Shown: positions 9,173-19,056, numbered from the stretch's first letter. The stretch is DNA of 64,000 bases from Candidatus Limivicinus sp. (GCA_045640405.1 JAZUEY010000070.1:39751-103750); one strand, 5' to 3'. Notes: generated by a model not told the origin, from the sequence alone. Translations and numbers: made by a program.

Positions 9173-9589
9173 ATGAATGGATTTCTGAACAGACTCAAAA
9201 GTAAATTACAAGTGTGGATGCAGGGTCGGTACGGGACGGATAAACTCACCGTTTTTCTGAACAGTGCTGCTCTCCTTTTAATACTGTTGTCTTCTTTTAT
9301 TCCCCTAAGGTTCCTGTACATCCTTTCTCTTGCAGCTCTCGTCTGGTCCTGCATCCGCTGTTATTCCAGAAACATCGCTGCAAGGCGGAGAGAACTGGAT
9401 GTCTACATGCGTCTCACTTCTCCGGTCCGTAACCGGATTGCACTGTGGCGCCGGAAGTTCAAAGACCGCAAGACGTACAGATACTTCGGCTGCAAACAGT
9501 GTAAAACCCTAATCCGTGTACCTGTCGGCAGAGGGAAAATTAAAATCGTATGTCCGAAATGCGGAACGACCGCTGTAAAAAAGACATGA
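9173..9589 (+). CDS. Membrane protein with C-terminal zinc ribbon
   Basis: Two TM segments, then CKQCKTLIRVPVGRGKIKIVCPKCG. Confidence 0.65.
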   Translation: MNGFLNRLKSKLQVWMQGRYGTDKLTVFLNSAALLLILLSSFIPLRFLYILSLAALVWSCIRCYSRNIAARRRELDVYMRLTSPVRNRIALWRRKFKDRKTYRYFGCKQCKTLIRVPVGRGKIKIVCPKCGTTAVKKT

Positions 9590-9591
9590 CT

Positions 9592-9626
9592 AAAGCCGTG
9601 AGCTTTTGCTCACGGCTTTTGCTTTG
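9592..9626. terminator. Rho-independent terminator
   Basis: AAAGCCGTGAGC-TTTT-GCTCACGGCTTT hairpin between convergent genes. Confidence 0.75.
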
Positions 9627-9631
9627 GAATC

Positions 9632-10000
9632 TTACTCTTCTTCCTTGATTTCGGAATCGGCATTCTTCTTTACACTCTCGATGCCGTTCTTGCAGCCGTC
9701 CTTGGACTTGTAGCCTTCGGAGGTGAGAATCGTCTCGCCATTGCCGGCTTTGAGGCGGAAGCGGAACTCGCCCTTCTTATCCTTGTAGATTTCGAACTTC
9801 GGGTTGGAAACCTTTTCGGGATTGGCAAGCGTCTGGTCCTCAATCGGAGCTTTGGGAGCATTTTTCATAACGCTCTCGATACCGTTCTTGCAAGCGGATT
9901 TGGAGGAGTAAATTTCGCTGGTGCCGATGATTTCATTGTTACCTGCCTTCAGGTTGAACATCGGGCCGCTTTTGCTTTCTTTTATAACATATTTTCCCAT
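9632..10000 (-). CDS. YegP-family (UPF0339/DUF1508) tandem-domain protein
   Basis: Two copies of the motif: FNLKAGNNEIIGTSEIYSSKSACKNGIESV and FRLKAGNGETILTSEGYKSKDGCKNGIESV. Confidence 0.85.
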   Translation of the reverse strand: MGKYVIKESKSGPMFNLKAGNNEIIGTSEIYSSKSACKNGIESVMKNAPKAPIEDQTLANPEKVSNPKFEIYKDKKGEFRFRLKAGNGETILTSEGYKSKDGCKNGIESVKKNADSEIKEEE

Positions 10001-10049
10001 TATTGCTTTCTCCTTATCGGTGATAGTTTATTATACTATGGCTTTGGCG

Positions 10050-10286
10050 TTACATCAAGCTTTTCAGCATGCCGAGAATCTCAAGGTCCGATTCCGTAAC
10101 CTTCAGATTCGTTTTCATCGTTCCGGCTCCCTCGGGATATTTTATCTCCAGCTCTATCACAGAGCCGGCCGGCACGCCCCTGCTTTTTACCGCATTCACG
10201 AATGGTTCGAATTTCGGGTGGTTCTCCTTGAACCTTCCCCAGGCCTGTTTTGCCTTGAACAGAGCGGATATGTCAGGCATTTTCAA
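10050..10286 (-). CDS. Hypothetical small protein (78 aa)
   Basis: Its start overlaps the 3' end of the upstream Rcl-like gene by 14 nt. No recognised domain. Confidence 0.5.
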   Translation of the reverse strand: MKMPDISALFKAKQAWGRFKENHPKFEPFVNAVKSRGVPAGSVIELEIKYPEGAGTMKTNLKVTESDLEILGMLKSLM

Positions 10287-10695
10287 GTACCTCCTTCAGT
10301 TTCGGTTCCAAATCATCCCAGTTTTCATATCGGATTATCGAAAAATAGGGATTGCCGCAAATCATGGCCGACAGATTGGCATCCTTCGGTCTGTAAAAAA
10401 TATGGACCGGCTTGGCGAGTTTCTCGGCATAGGCGAGTTCATAGCCCACGCCGGTCGAAACGCAGGTACACTCCGCCACGACAAAATCGCACTCGTGCAT
10501 CCAGGCCATGTCCTGTGCATAAATCCGCCTGTCGGCTGCCCCGTCTTCCGACTCAAATGATGTGTAGCCGACATCGCCCACATGTTCCGTGAGCACGTCA
10601 TCGGTCTCCTGAATATAGTCGATAATGCGCCGGTACAACCCGGCATCGGCTCGGCCGCCTCTTATGGAACCGGCAAAGTAAACTTTTTTATTCAT
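10273..10695 (-). CDS. Nucleoside 2-deoxyribosyltransferase-like / DNPH1(Rcl)-like protein
   Basis: MNKKVYFAGSIRGGR...VGYELAYAEKLAKPV is typical of the family. The start is set to the ATG at 10695 because the longer track ORF would overlap the glnA promoter and start. Confidence 0.7.
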   Translation of the reverse strand: MNKKVYFAGSIRGGRADAGLYRRIIDYIQETDDVLTEHVGDVGYTSFESEDGAADRRIYAQDMAWMHECDFVVAECTCVSTGVGYELAYAEKLAKPVHIFYRPKDANLSAMICGNPYFSIIRYENWDDLEPKLKEVLENA

Positions 10696-10699
10696 ATTA

Positions 10700-10728
10700 T
10701 TGATTATAGCATAAACAAGGCATATAAT
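10700..10728 (+). promoter_or_regulatory. Sigma-70-type promoter of glnA
   Basis: TTGATT (10700-10705), 17-nt spacer, TATAAT (10723-10728), about 30 nt upstream of the glnA ATG. Confidence 0.55.
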
Positions 10729-10758
10729 GAGACATCTTTTTTCGAAAGGGACGATAAT

Positions 10759-12189
10759 ATGGCAAAAACTCTTGATGACGTCCTCGCCATGTGCGAGAAA
10801 AACGGCGTTCAGATCATAGATTTCAAGATGACCGATATTGACGGCCGATGGAAACATCTCAGTATCCCGGCCAAACGTCTAAGCGAGAGCACCATGACCT
10901 ACGGCATAGGGTTTGACGGTTCCAATTACGGTTTTGCCCCCGTCGAAAATTCCGACATGGTATTTGTGCCGGACTTAGGCAGTGCCGTCATAGACATGTT
11001 CTGCGAAGTCCCCACTCTCAGCATGATCGGCGATGTCATGATTATCGACCGCCCTCAAAACAGACCTTTTGACCAGTACCCGAGAAACGTTGCCCGCCGC
11101 AGTGTGGAATACATGATGGAAACGGGGATTGCCGATGAAATGATTATCGGCCCCGAGTTTGAATTCTATGTGTTCGACGGTGTGCAGTTTGCAAACAGGC
11201 CGGAGTACGCCTGCTACAACATTGACTGCTTCCAGGCCGAGTGGAACAGTGCCAGTCCCGACAACAACGCCGGATACCAGGTGGCTCACCACAAGGGCTA
11301 TCACTCCTCCCTCCCGCTCGATGTCAACAACGACCTCAGGAGCCGCATCTGCCTCGCTATGGAGGACTGGGGAATCAACGTGAAGTATCACCACACCGAA
11401 GTCGGTGCCTGCGGTCAGCTGGAAGTCGAAACCGAACTCGGTGAAATGACCGAGCTGGCCGATGCGACGCTCGCCGCCAAATACATCATCAAGAACGAAG
11501 CTGCCGCCAGCGGCAAAACCGCCACCTTTATGCCCAAGCCCGTCAAGGGTGAGGCCGGCTCCGGAATGCACGTTCACATGCTTCTCAAGAAGGACGGCAA
11601 GCCGCTCTTCTATGATGAGAACCGCTATGCCCAGCTCTCCGAAACAGCGATGTATTTCATCGGCGGTCTGCTGACGCACGCCGCGTCTCTCTGTGCCATC
11701 ACGAATCCTACCACCAACTCATACAAGCGCCTTATCCCGGGATTCGAAGCTCCCGTCACGATAGGTTTTGCCATGGCAAACAGAAGCGCCGTTGTCCGCA
11801 TTCCGGCCTATGCCAAGAGTCCCGATACCAAGCGCTTTGAGCTCCGCAATCCGGACGCCACCTGCAATCCCTATTATGCCTATGCGGCCATTCTGATGGC
11901 CGGCCTTGACGGTATTAAGAATAAAATCGACCCGAAGGCAAAAGGCTGGGGTCCCTTTGATTTCAATCTTTTCGACCTTCCGGCCAGTGAAAAGGCCAAG
12001 CTTGGCGGTCTTCCCGGCTCGCTCTCCGAAGCCGCCAGGGCTCTCGAAGCCGATCACGATTATCTGACGGTCGGCGGCGTATTCCCCGAAAGGCTGATTG
12101 AGCTGATTGTCAAGCGCGACCTCGCGGCCGATGAAGAAGTCGCCCGTACCCCGCATCCGAAAGAGTTCGAACTCTATTACGATCTTTGA
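10759..12189 (+). CDS. glnA: Glutamine synthetase, type I
   Basis: ATG at 10759 after AAAGGGA. MAKTLDDVLAMCEKNGVQIIDFKMTDIDGRWKH..., GSGMHVHM, NSYKRLIPGFEAP, NRSAVVRIP. Confidence 0.92.
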   Translation: MAKTLDDVLAMCEKNGVQIIDFKMTDIDGRWKHLSIPAKRLSESTMTYGIGFDGSNYGFAPVENSDMVFVPDLGSAVIDMFCEVPTLSMIGDVMIIDRPQNRPFDQYPRNVARRSVEYMMETGIADEMIIGPEFEFYVFDGVQFANRPEYACYNIDCFQAEWNSASPDNNAGYQVAHHKGYHSSLPLDVNNDLRSRICLAMEDWGINVKYHHTEVGACGQLEVETELGEMTELADATLAAKYIIKNEAAASGKTATFMPKPVKGEAGSGMHVHMLLKKDGKPLFYDENRYAQLSETAMYFIGGLLTHAASLCAITNPTTNSYKRLIPGFEAPVTIGFAMANRSAVVRIPAYAKSPDTKRFELRNPDATCNPYYAYAAILMAGLDGIKNKIDPKAKGWGPFDFNLFDLPASEKAKLGGLPGSLSEAARALEADHDYLTVGGVFPERLIELIVKRDLAADEEVARTPHPKEFELYYDL

Positions 12190-12200
12190 TTTATTATTAG

Positions 12201-12233
12201 AAAAAGCCAGCTGAATTCTTCAGCTGGCTTTTT
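12201..12233. terminator. Bidirectional rho-independent terminator
   Basis: AAAAAGCCAGCTG-AATTCTT-CAGCTGGCTTTTT, overlapping the 3' end of the convergent lipoprotein gene. Confidence 0.85.
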
Positions 12234-13272
12234 CTAATTTTACCATAGTATATTCATCTTCATTCAAATCACTATATTCTCCCGTAATCCATCCAAAAAT
12301 ATCTTCCTTATACATATATACAGTGATGGAATTGTGATCATCATGAACACATTCAACAACGGTTACATTTACACCGTGATTAACCATATTGGCGATTGCC
12401 TCAACATTCATACCAACATCATGCTGCTCAAAAAGATACACTTCTGTTCCTTCTTCTGCTAACAATTTGCATTCTTCGTCTGTCAGATTATCGTTTGTAT
12501 TAATCGGTATCCATTCATTCCCTTGGTCCATATCTAACAGCTTTGCCACTTTTATCTTTCCGTCAGTCCAAAGCTGCACAGCCGCTCTATTGGCTGTAAA
12601 ACATCCATTTGACGAGCCAACTATTGCAACATCATGCGCCACATATTGTAAATCCAATTCCAGCTGTCTAATCATGTCGATAACCTTTGCGTTTGTTGCA
12701 GACATTGACGTAAAGCCGGAACGTTTCAGCATTATTATCACAGCATTGGGGGCATGTTTTGGAAAATATTCATATATATGTGGCATTGAGAACATTTCAA
12801 GGATTGGTTCCTCTCCACCGCCACCGGCATAATATACAATCGTTTGAGTGTCCTTTTTTATCTCATCCGGTACATATATATACGCCAAATTACTAATATA
12901 GTATTTCCCTGCTAAAGCATGTATACCCTTAATTTCATATTCATCTTTTATATATAGCGGCGCTGGTTCCTCTGATGATACCTGGATTCGATAATCGCAA
13001 TAGTCCACCATTTCCTTACTGTCTTTCAGACCATTCAGGGAAGAGAACAGTTCCTTTGCGCTATCGAATTCGCACGAATAAAGCAAATCTATTGCTTTCA
13101 CATACAATTCTTCAGGATTTTCTGTCGGTTCCGGTTCTGGAGTATCAACAATTTCCTGTATTGGGGGCTCATCAGCAATTACTGTCGATTCGCTTTTTTG
13201 ACAACCGGATAAGACGAGAAAAACGAATAGGATAATAAGAAGGCAAATACTTCTTTTCATTCTGTATAGCAA
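12220..13272 (-). CDS. Lipoprotein, possible alpha/beta-hydrolase fold
   Basis: Lipobox FLVLSGCQ. GXSXG-like VGSSNGC. The gene is much more AT-rich than its neighbours. Confidence 0.65.
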   Translation of the reverse strand: MLYRMKRSICLLIILFVFLVLSGCQKSESTVIADEPPIQEIVDTPEPEPTENPEELYVKAIDLLYSCEFDSAKELFSSLNGLKDSKEMVDYCDYRIQVSSEEPAPLYIKDEYEIKGIHALAGKYYISNLAYIYVPDEIKKDTQTIVYYAGGGGEEPILEMFSMPHIYEYFPKHAPNAVIIMLKRSGFTSMSATNAKVIDMIRQLELDLQYVAHDVAIVGSSNGCFTANRAAVQLWTDGKIKVAKLLDMDQGNEWIPINTNDNLTDEECKLLAEEGTEVYLFEQHDVGMNVEAIANMVNHGVNVTVVECVHDDHNSITVYMYKEDIFGWITGEYSDLNEDEYTMVKLEKAS

Positions 13273-13805
13273 ATTTTGGCTGCGACCTCTGCGGCCTTTT
13301 CTTCTCCTTCCAGTGCCTTAATAATCTCAAGTGTAAAATCAAAGCAGGCGCCAAGCGCTCTTCCGGTAATGATGTTCCCGTCAACCGTGACGGCTTCTGC
13401 GGTATACTCCGCTCCGACGAGTCTATCGTCAAATCCCGGATAAATGGTCGCTTTCTTGCCTTTCAGCAGACCCAACTGGCCCGGAACACCGGGGCCGGCG
13501 CAAACCGCTGCGAGTTTTCTGGTGGCTGCGAATTCTCTGCAGACCTTGCAGACCGTTTCGTTTGCGAGCAGATTGTCAACGCCCGGAATGCCTCCCGGCA
13601 GAACGACAATATCAACATCCGAAAAGACAACATCTTCAATCATTTTGTCGCACTTTATTTCCACATTGTGCGAAGACAGAACCGTCTTTTTCCCGTTTGC
13701 GGAGGCTGTCTCGATATGAATCTTCCCTCTTCTCAGCAGGTCAACGACGAGAAGTCCTTCACACTCCTCGAATCCGTCCGCGAAAAAAATGACTGCTTTG
13801 CTCAT
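13257..13805 (-). CDS. DJ-1/PfpI family protein
   Basis: VLPGG, nucleophile elbow AAVCAGP, overall ThiJ/YajL-like sequence. Confidence 0.85.
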   Translation of the reverse strand: MSKAVIFFADGFEECEGLLVVDLLRRGKIHIETASANGKKTVLSSHNVEIKCDKMIEDVVFSDVDIVVLPGGIPGVDNLLANETVCKVCREFAATRKLAAVCAGPGVPGQLGLLKGKKATIYPGFDDRLVGAEYTAEAVTVDGNIITGRALGACFDFTLEIIKALEGEEKAAEVAAKICYTE

Positions 13806-13830
13806 TTAATACATCTCCTAAAATATTAAT

Positions 13831-15159
13831 TCATACGCCAAGTGCCAGACCCAGCAGCAGAAGCAGTGAAGTGAGCAGCAGGTTGGCTGCCTGGAACTTG
13901 ATGTTGTGCCGGAACCACTGCGGATATTTTATATCCGCCAGACCAAGCGAAATCAGCAGGGCCGCATTGGTTGGATAGAAAACATTGGAAAAACCGTCGC
14001 CGAAAGCGAAGGCCACAATGCACAACTGTGCGGAAATGCCGAAAGCCTCTGCCACAGGCACGATGAGGGGAATCAGCATAATGACCTTGGCCGATCCCGA
14101 TGCCACGAAGAAGTTCATAACCAGAACAATCAGATATATGAACAGAATGATGGCCCAGTGCGGCAGCTTTGATGCCGCGCCGATGGCAGCGCCGAGTATC
14201 GTGTCGATAGCACCCGCTTCCACCAGCGTAAACTTGATGGAGGATGCCATCAGAATCATCAGAATGGCCGGCAGCATCGAAACAATGCCGCTGCCGAATG
14301 CCTTTGCGTGTTCCTTCCCCGGCATCTTTGCCGTTATGCAGGCAACGGTACCCGCAACCAGGAACATCAGAGCAACGATAATGAAAGTGTAATCCTGCAG
14401 GAACGTGAGCAAAGCGCTTGAGAAGACAATCACAATGCCGATGCCGATAATAATGGCAAAGAGCTTCAGCCCCTTCTCCATCCGGGGATTACGTTCAAGC
14501 TCCGCATTGTCCACGGCCTGGACACCGGTGTCGACCTTCTTTGCATGTCCTCGCACGAAGGCAAACAGCAGCGCATAAATCAGGACGAAGCCTATGGCCC
14601 GGAACCAGGCTCCGGAGAACATCGGCAGTCCGCTCAGCTGCTGTGCCATCCCGACCGTAAAAGGATTGAAAACACCGGCCGCAAAACCGCAGCCTACGGC
14701 CAGAAGGCTCATGCTCAAACCCGTCAGGGCATCCCAGCCGAGTTTGATGGCAAGCGCGGTAATAATAGGCACGAGGGGAACAATCTCTTCAAAACAGCCT
14801 ATCAGGGAACCCATGGCCATAAAGAAGAAAATCATCACGGCCATGAGCTTATATTTGGAATCCGCGAATTTATCTGCCAGAACATCCACCATGTAACGCA
14901 TCATTCCGCAGGCATTCAGCGAATTGAAAACGCCGCCGACAATCAACAGAAATACCAGCAGCCCTATGATGGTAACCTTGTCGCTGCTTCCGAGAACCAG
15001 CACCGGGGAAAGCAGCCATTTCCAGAAAGGAATTCCGTCGCACGGGAGGATGACCGTCAGCACATACGTGCAGATCATCAAAATGGCGATGACTATCAGA
15101 GCGGAAAGAAAAGCCCTGACGCTGATAAAGCTCTCGCTCTTTTTCTTTCCGTCAGACAT
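13831..15159 (-). CDS. YfcC/DcuC-type anaerobic carrier family membrane transporter
   Basis: 442-aa polytopic protein with YfcC-like sequence. Overlaps the upstream M20 peptidase gene by 8 nt. Confidence 0.7.
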   Translation of the reverse strand: MSDGKKKSESFISVRAFLSALIVIAILMICTYVLTVILPCDGIPFWKWLLSPVLVLGSSDKVTIIGLLVFLLIVGGVFNSLNACGMMRYMVDVLADKFADSKYKLMAVMIFFFMAMGSLIGCFEEIVPLVPIITALAIKLGWDALTGLSMSLLAVGCGFAAGVFNPFTVGMAQQLSGLPMFSGAWFRAIGFVLIYALLFAFVRGHAKKVDTGVQAVDNAELERNPRMEKGLKLFAIIIGIGIVIVFSSALLTFLQDYTFIIVALMFLVAGTVACITAKMPGKEHAKAFGSGIVSMLPAILMILMASSIKFTLVEAGAIDTILGAAIGAASKLPHWAIILFIYLIVLVMNFFVASGSAKVIMLIPLIVPVAEAFGISAQLCIVAFAFGDGFSNVFYPTNAALLISLGLADIKYPQWFRHNIKFQAANLLLTSLLLLLGLALGV

Positions 15160-16498
15160 TTGCCGCTCCCTTCATGAGCATTTTGTAAAAGTCAACAGCC
15201 GGAGCCAGCGTTGCAACGTCCACGCATTCGTTCTGGCCGTGTATGCTTTCCATCTGCTCTTTGCTTATGACAAAGGGGACAAAGTGGAAGCAGTTGTCGC
15301 CTAAGAAGTCCAGATAACGCAGGTCGCTGCATCCCGTCATGATGTAGGGCGCCGTTAGCACCGAATCGAAGCAAGCCGCCACGGCATCCTCGATAAGCTT
15401 GAAAGCTTTGCTGTTGAAGTCGGAGAGTTTGGACTCGTTCGGCTCTTCCAGAACGGTCATCTCGAGGCCGTACTTCTTTGCCACCTTGCCGATGGCTTCC
15501 AGACTGCTCTTGAAGCCCTGGTGGTGGGATATGCGCATGTTACCGATGACATAGGCCTCGGCCGGAATGACGTTCAGCCCGTTGGAGCCTTCCGCCATCG
15601 TAAAGGCTATCGTCGTCTGCACGAGTGCCTTCGCCGTCGGTGACGACATCGGCATCACGGCTTTGAGAACGGCATCGAACTTTTCGGGATTGCCGTACAC
15701 CTTGCTGATCGGTCCGTCCACAAACGGAGCGAATCTCCGAAGCATCTCCTTGATGGCATCGGCCAGCTCCACTTTGAAGATTCGGCTTCTGTCCACTTCG
15801 GCCATGAATTTTCCGAGCTGAACCAGAGGAGAATTTTTGTCCGGCGTCGAAGCGTGTCCGCCCTTCCCTTTTGCGGTGAATTTAATGCTGGTGCAGCCTC
15901 TTTCTCCGAGACCGACCATGGCAAAATTCTTATGGACTCCGCCGACGGGCTCATCCGTAATCATCCCGCCTTCGTCCAGAATCATGGAAAAGTGCACTCC
16001 GCGCTCCTTCAGAGTCTGTGCGACCGGAAAGGCGCCGCAGTCCGTGGCATTGATTTCTTCGGAGCAGGAGGATTCGAAATAGATATCACAGCCCGGCACA
16101 AAACCCTCGGCCGCGAGTTCGTTCGCTGCGCAGAGCATTCCCCAGAGTCCGCCCTTGTTGTCGAGCGTTCCCCTTCCCCAGACTTTGCCTTCGGCAATCT
16201 GCCCGGAAAGCGGAGGATACTCCCACTCGCCCTGAAGGTCAACCGTATCCATATGATTCATGAAGAGAACCGGCTCCTTGCCGCTGCCTTCGGCGCCCTT
16301 CCACTTCAGGAGCAGGCTACCGTTGATGTTCTCGTATTCGCAGGCCGCGAACAGCGCGGGGAACTCCTGTTTCAGGAGTTCATGAAACTTCGCATACTTC
16401 TCCGGGTCTCTTTTTTCCTCGTATGAAATGGTCTCAAACCGTATGAGTCTTGCGAGCTGCTCGGCATAGCGGTTGCAGCGTTCGATTTTATCTGTCAT
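15152..16498 (-). CDS. M20-family metallopeptidase
   Basis: LFMNHMDTV, GRGTLDNKGG, and the CSEE acid/metal-ligand block. Confidence 0.85.
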   Translation of the reverse strand: MTDKIERCNRYAEQLARLIRFETISYEEKRDPEKYAKFHELLKQEFPALFAACEYENINGSLLLKWKGAEGSGKEPVLFMNHMDTVDLQGEWEYPPLSGQIAEGKVWGRGTLDNKGGLWGMLCAANELAAEGFVPGCDIYFESSCSEEINATDCGAFPVAQTLKERGVHFSMILDEGGMITDEPVGGVHKNFAMVGLGERGCTSIKFTAKGKGGHASTPDKNSPLVQLGKFMAEVDRSRIFKVELADAIKEMLRRFAPFVDGPISKVYGNPEKFDAVLKAVMPMSSPTAKALVQTTIAFTMAEGSNGLNVIPAEAYVIGNMRISHHQGFKSSLEAIGKVAKKYGLEMTVLEEPNESKLSDFNSKAFKLIEDAVAACFDSVLTAPYIMTGCSDLRYLDFLGDNCFHFVPFVISKEQMESIHGQNECVDVATLAPAVDFYKMLMKGAANV

Positions 16499-16525
16499 GG
16501 TTATCGTTTCCTGTCTGTAGAATGC

Positions 16526-17947
16526 TCAGTCATCCGCACCGATGGCTTCCAGCCCCGTGGTGTTTTCGACTTTATGTGCCTTGATGTTTTTAACCAGTGC
16601 CGTAAAGACGGCAAAGCTCAAAACGACCAGTATTACCGAGTAAATCGGCAGGACCTTCCAGGCCCGTGCTCTGGTAAAGATGAGACCGAGCAGAACCGGT
16701 GTAACGGTCTGCGCAGACATCGAGGCGGTGTAATAGTAGCCCGTGAACTTGCCTATCGTCTTGGAAGAGCTCAGCTCCACAACCATCGGGAACGAGCAGT
16801 TGTGCACCAGCGCCATGCCGAAGCCTTTGATGGCCCAGACCACATAGAGCAGAACGGGGAAAGCGAACTCTCCGTTCGTGCCGACCTCTTTCCCGGTCGG
16901 TGCCGCGAAGCACATCACAATCAGTGCAACAACCGTAATCCCGAGTCCGGCCGATATGGTCCACTTGCGGCCGATCTTTTCGGCAATGCCTCCTGCCGTC
17001 GCAAAACCGATGACGGAGGCAAGACCGCCTATAATCGTCAGAATCATGGTCGCGGAAGAGACGGAATTCAGATAATAGATAACATAGTTGCCTATGTAGG
17101 TTCCTATGGCATTGTCGCTCATGAACCACAGAAATTCGGCTGCCAGAATAGCTATGAGCATCTTCCGGTTTGCCGGGGACATCGGCTTGTCGTCCTCAAT
17201 CGGCGTTTCTATGGCGGCAAGGCGCTCGCCCTCTTCGAGTTCGTCTTTGATTTCCTCTTCCACCTTGTTCTCCTTAATCGTGAAGAACAGAACGAGAGCG
17301 GAGATGACCATCAGCACGGAGGCGACGATGAACGGGATTTCTATCGTCCAGAGATTCCGTGCGGAGTCGGCGGCGTTTATGTAATCGCTGAGCACACATA
17401 CGATGCCGAGTACCGTTGCAAAGGCTCCGCCGAGATAGCCCATAATGTTGATGATGCCGTTCGCCTTGGCTCGCAGCGGCTTCGGCGTAATGTCGGGCAT
17501 CAGGGCTACTGCGGGATTTCTGTACATCATCATGAAGATGAGCACAACGGCCATCGTTCCCACCATCGCGATAACGTTATTGTTGTGGAAGAAAAGCGGA
17601 ATGAAAGGAAAGGCCACCGCCGACACGAATGTGCCTATGAGAATGTAGGGCATACGCTTTCCAATCGGCGAAACGGTTCTGTCGGAAAGGCGGCCGAATA
17701 TCGGCAGAAGAACCAGGGCTGCGAGATTGTCGCAGGCCATGATGATACCTACCAGCCACTGCACGTTCAGAATCTTGTCCGGGTCTCCGGCCTTCAATTC
17801 GGCCGAGGAGATGCCGTACATCTTTCTTGCGAAGATATCAGTCAGGAATGTGGGGCACCAGGAATCGTAAACCTGCCAAAGCAGAAGAATGCCAAAGAAC
17901 GCAAAACCTATCAGGGCCGTTCTTTTGTAGTTGAGCTTGAGGTTCAT
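16526..17947 (-). CDS. MFS transporter (GPH/SLC45-like)
   Basis: 473 aa, about 12 TM segments with a central charged loop (KDELEEGERLAAIETPIEDD). Confidence 0.75.
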   Translation of the reverse strand: MNLKLNYKRTALIGFAFFGILLLWQVYDSWCPTFLTDIFARKMYGISSAELKAGDPDKILNVQWLVGIIMACDNLAALVLLPIFGRLSDRTVSPIGKRMPYILIGTFVSAVAFPFIPLFFHNNNVIAMVGTMAVVLIFMMMYRNPAVALMPDITPKPLRAKANGIINIMGYLGGAFATVLGIVCVLSDYINAADSARNLWTIEIPFIVASVLMVISALVLFFTIKENKVEEEIKDELEEGERLAAIETPIEDDKPMSPANRKMLIAILAAEFLWFMSDNAIGTYIGNYVIYYLNSVSSATMILTIIGGLASVIGFATAGGIAEKIGRKWTISAGLGITVVALIVMCFAAPTGKEVGTNGEFAFPVLLYVVWAIKGFGMALVHNCSFPMVVELSSSKTIGKFTGYYYTASMSAQTVTPVLLGLIFTRARAWKVLPIYSVILVVLSFAVFTALVKNIKAHKVENTTGLEAIGADD

Positions 17948-19056
17948 TTTTCGGCTCCTTTGTCGTAAATTTTCACATCGGGTTCGGTTTCGGAGTATTT
18001 ATGCACAGGCATCTTTTGCAGAACGAAAATCCAAAGTCCCGTGGCAATGGCAAATACCAACACCGCGCAGATAATCTTCAGCATGGCTCCGGATTCCGTC
18101 ATCAAAATGCTTATGAGTCCCGTAATGCCGGTTATCGCCCAGAGAATCGCCACGACCTGTCTCTGGCTCAGTCCGAGAGCCAGCAGTTTGTGATGGAAAT
18201 GCCCCTTGTCCGCTTTGAAAGGGCTCTGGCCTTTTGCAATTCTGCGGAAGAACGCAAAGGTTGTGTCGGCAAGAGGAACGGCCAACGCCATAATCGGAAC
18301 CAGGAAGGTAACGAGGGCATGCAGTTTGAAAAGGCCGAGCGTGGATGCCGTGCCGAGTATGAATCCGAGCGACTGCGAACCCACATCCCCCATAAAAATC
18401 TTGGCGGGGTTCAGGTTGTACGGCATGAATCCTATGCAGCCGCCCAGCAGGCAGGCAAGGATAACCGTAACGTTCACGTCGGAAACCAGCAGGGATACCA
18501 CAAGCATTGTCAAAGCTCCGATTGCCGTCAGTCCGACGGCAAGCCCGTCGAGCCCGTCAATCAGGTTCATAGCATTTGTGCAGATGATAATCCATCCCAG
18601 CGTGAGGATGATACCGAGATTGTTTCCGATGACCTGCGTAAATCCGTAGCCTCCGTCCTGCATGAAGGGATTGGTAATTCCGTTCAGCACGACGCCGCTG
18701 AATATGGCAACCAGGGCTGCGGCAATCTGCACGGCGAGTTTAATCCAGGCGTTCAGATCGTATATGTCATCGAGAGCTCCCATCAGGGCTATCATAATCA
18801 CGCCTATCATGATGCCTCTTACCTGCTGTGTAATCTGCGTGAACAGCAGGGCGGAAATCAGGAAGGCAATTACAATCGCAAGCCCTCCCATACGCGGAAT
18901 CGGATGGTCGTGAATGCGGCGCTTGCCCGGCTCATCGATGGCCCCTACGCTCTCGGCGAATTTCTTCACCGGCGGGACCAGAAAATATGAAATTACAAAC
19001 GAACAGACAACGGCCAGAACAATTCTGATCCAGTCATCCAGATAATCAAAAAGCAT
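17944..19056 (-). CDS. MraY/WecA-family polyprenyl-phosphate N-acetylhexosamine-1-phosphate transferase (TagO/WecA-like)
   Basis: IDEPGKRRIHDHPIPRMGG, GALDD, NLIDGLDGL, FMGDVGS. Confidence 0.85.
   Translation of the reverse strand: MLFDYLDDWIRIVLAVVCSFVISYFLVPPVKKFAESVGAIDEPGKRRIHDHPIPRMGGLAIVIAFLISALLFTQITQQVRGIMIGVIMIALMGALDDIYDLNAWIKLAVQIAAALVAIFSGVVLNGITNPFMQDGGYGFTQVIGNNLGIILTLGWIIICTNAMNLIDGLDGLAVGLTAIGALTMLVVSLLVSDVNVTVILACLLGGCIGFMPYNLNPAKIFMGDVGSQSLGFILGTASTLGLFKLHALVTFLVPIMALAVPLADTTFAFFRRIAKGQSPFKADKGHFHHKLLALGLSQRQVVAILWAITGITGLISILMTESGAMLKIICAVLVFAIATGLWIFVLQKMPVHKYSETEPDVKIYDKGAEK

Noticed and set aside
16574-17968. 464-aa plus-strand ORF
   Set aside because: It is antisense to the MFS transporter. 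Its composition (many R, H, G, D residues) is typical of a reverse-frame artefact.
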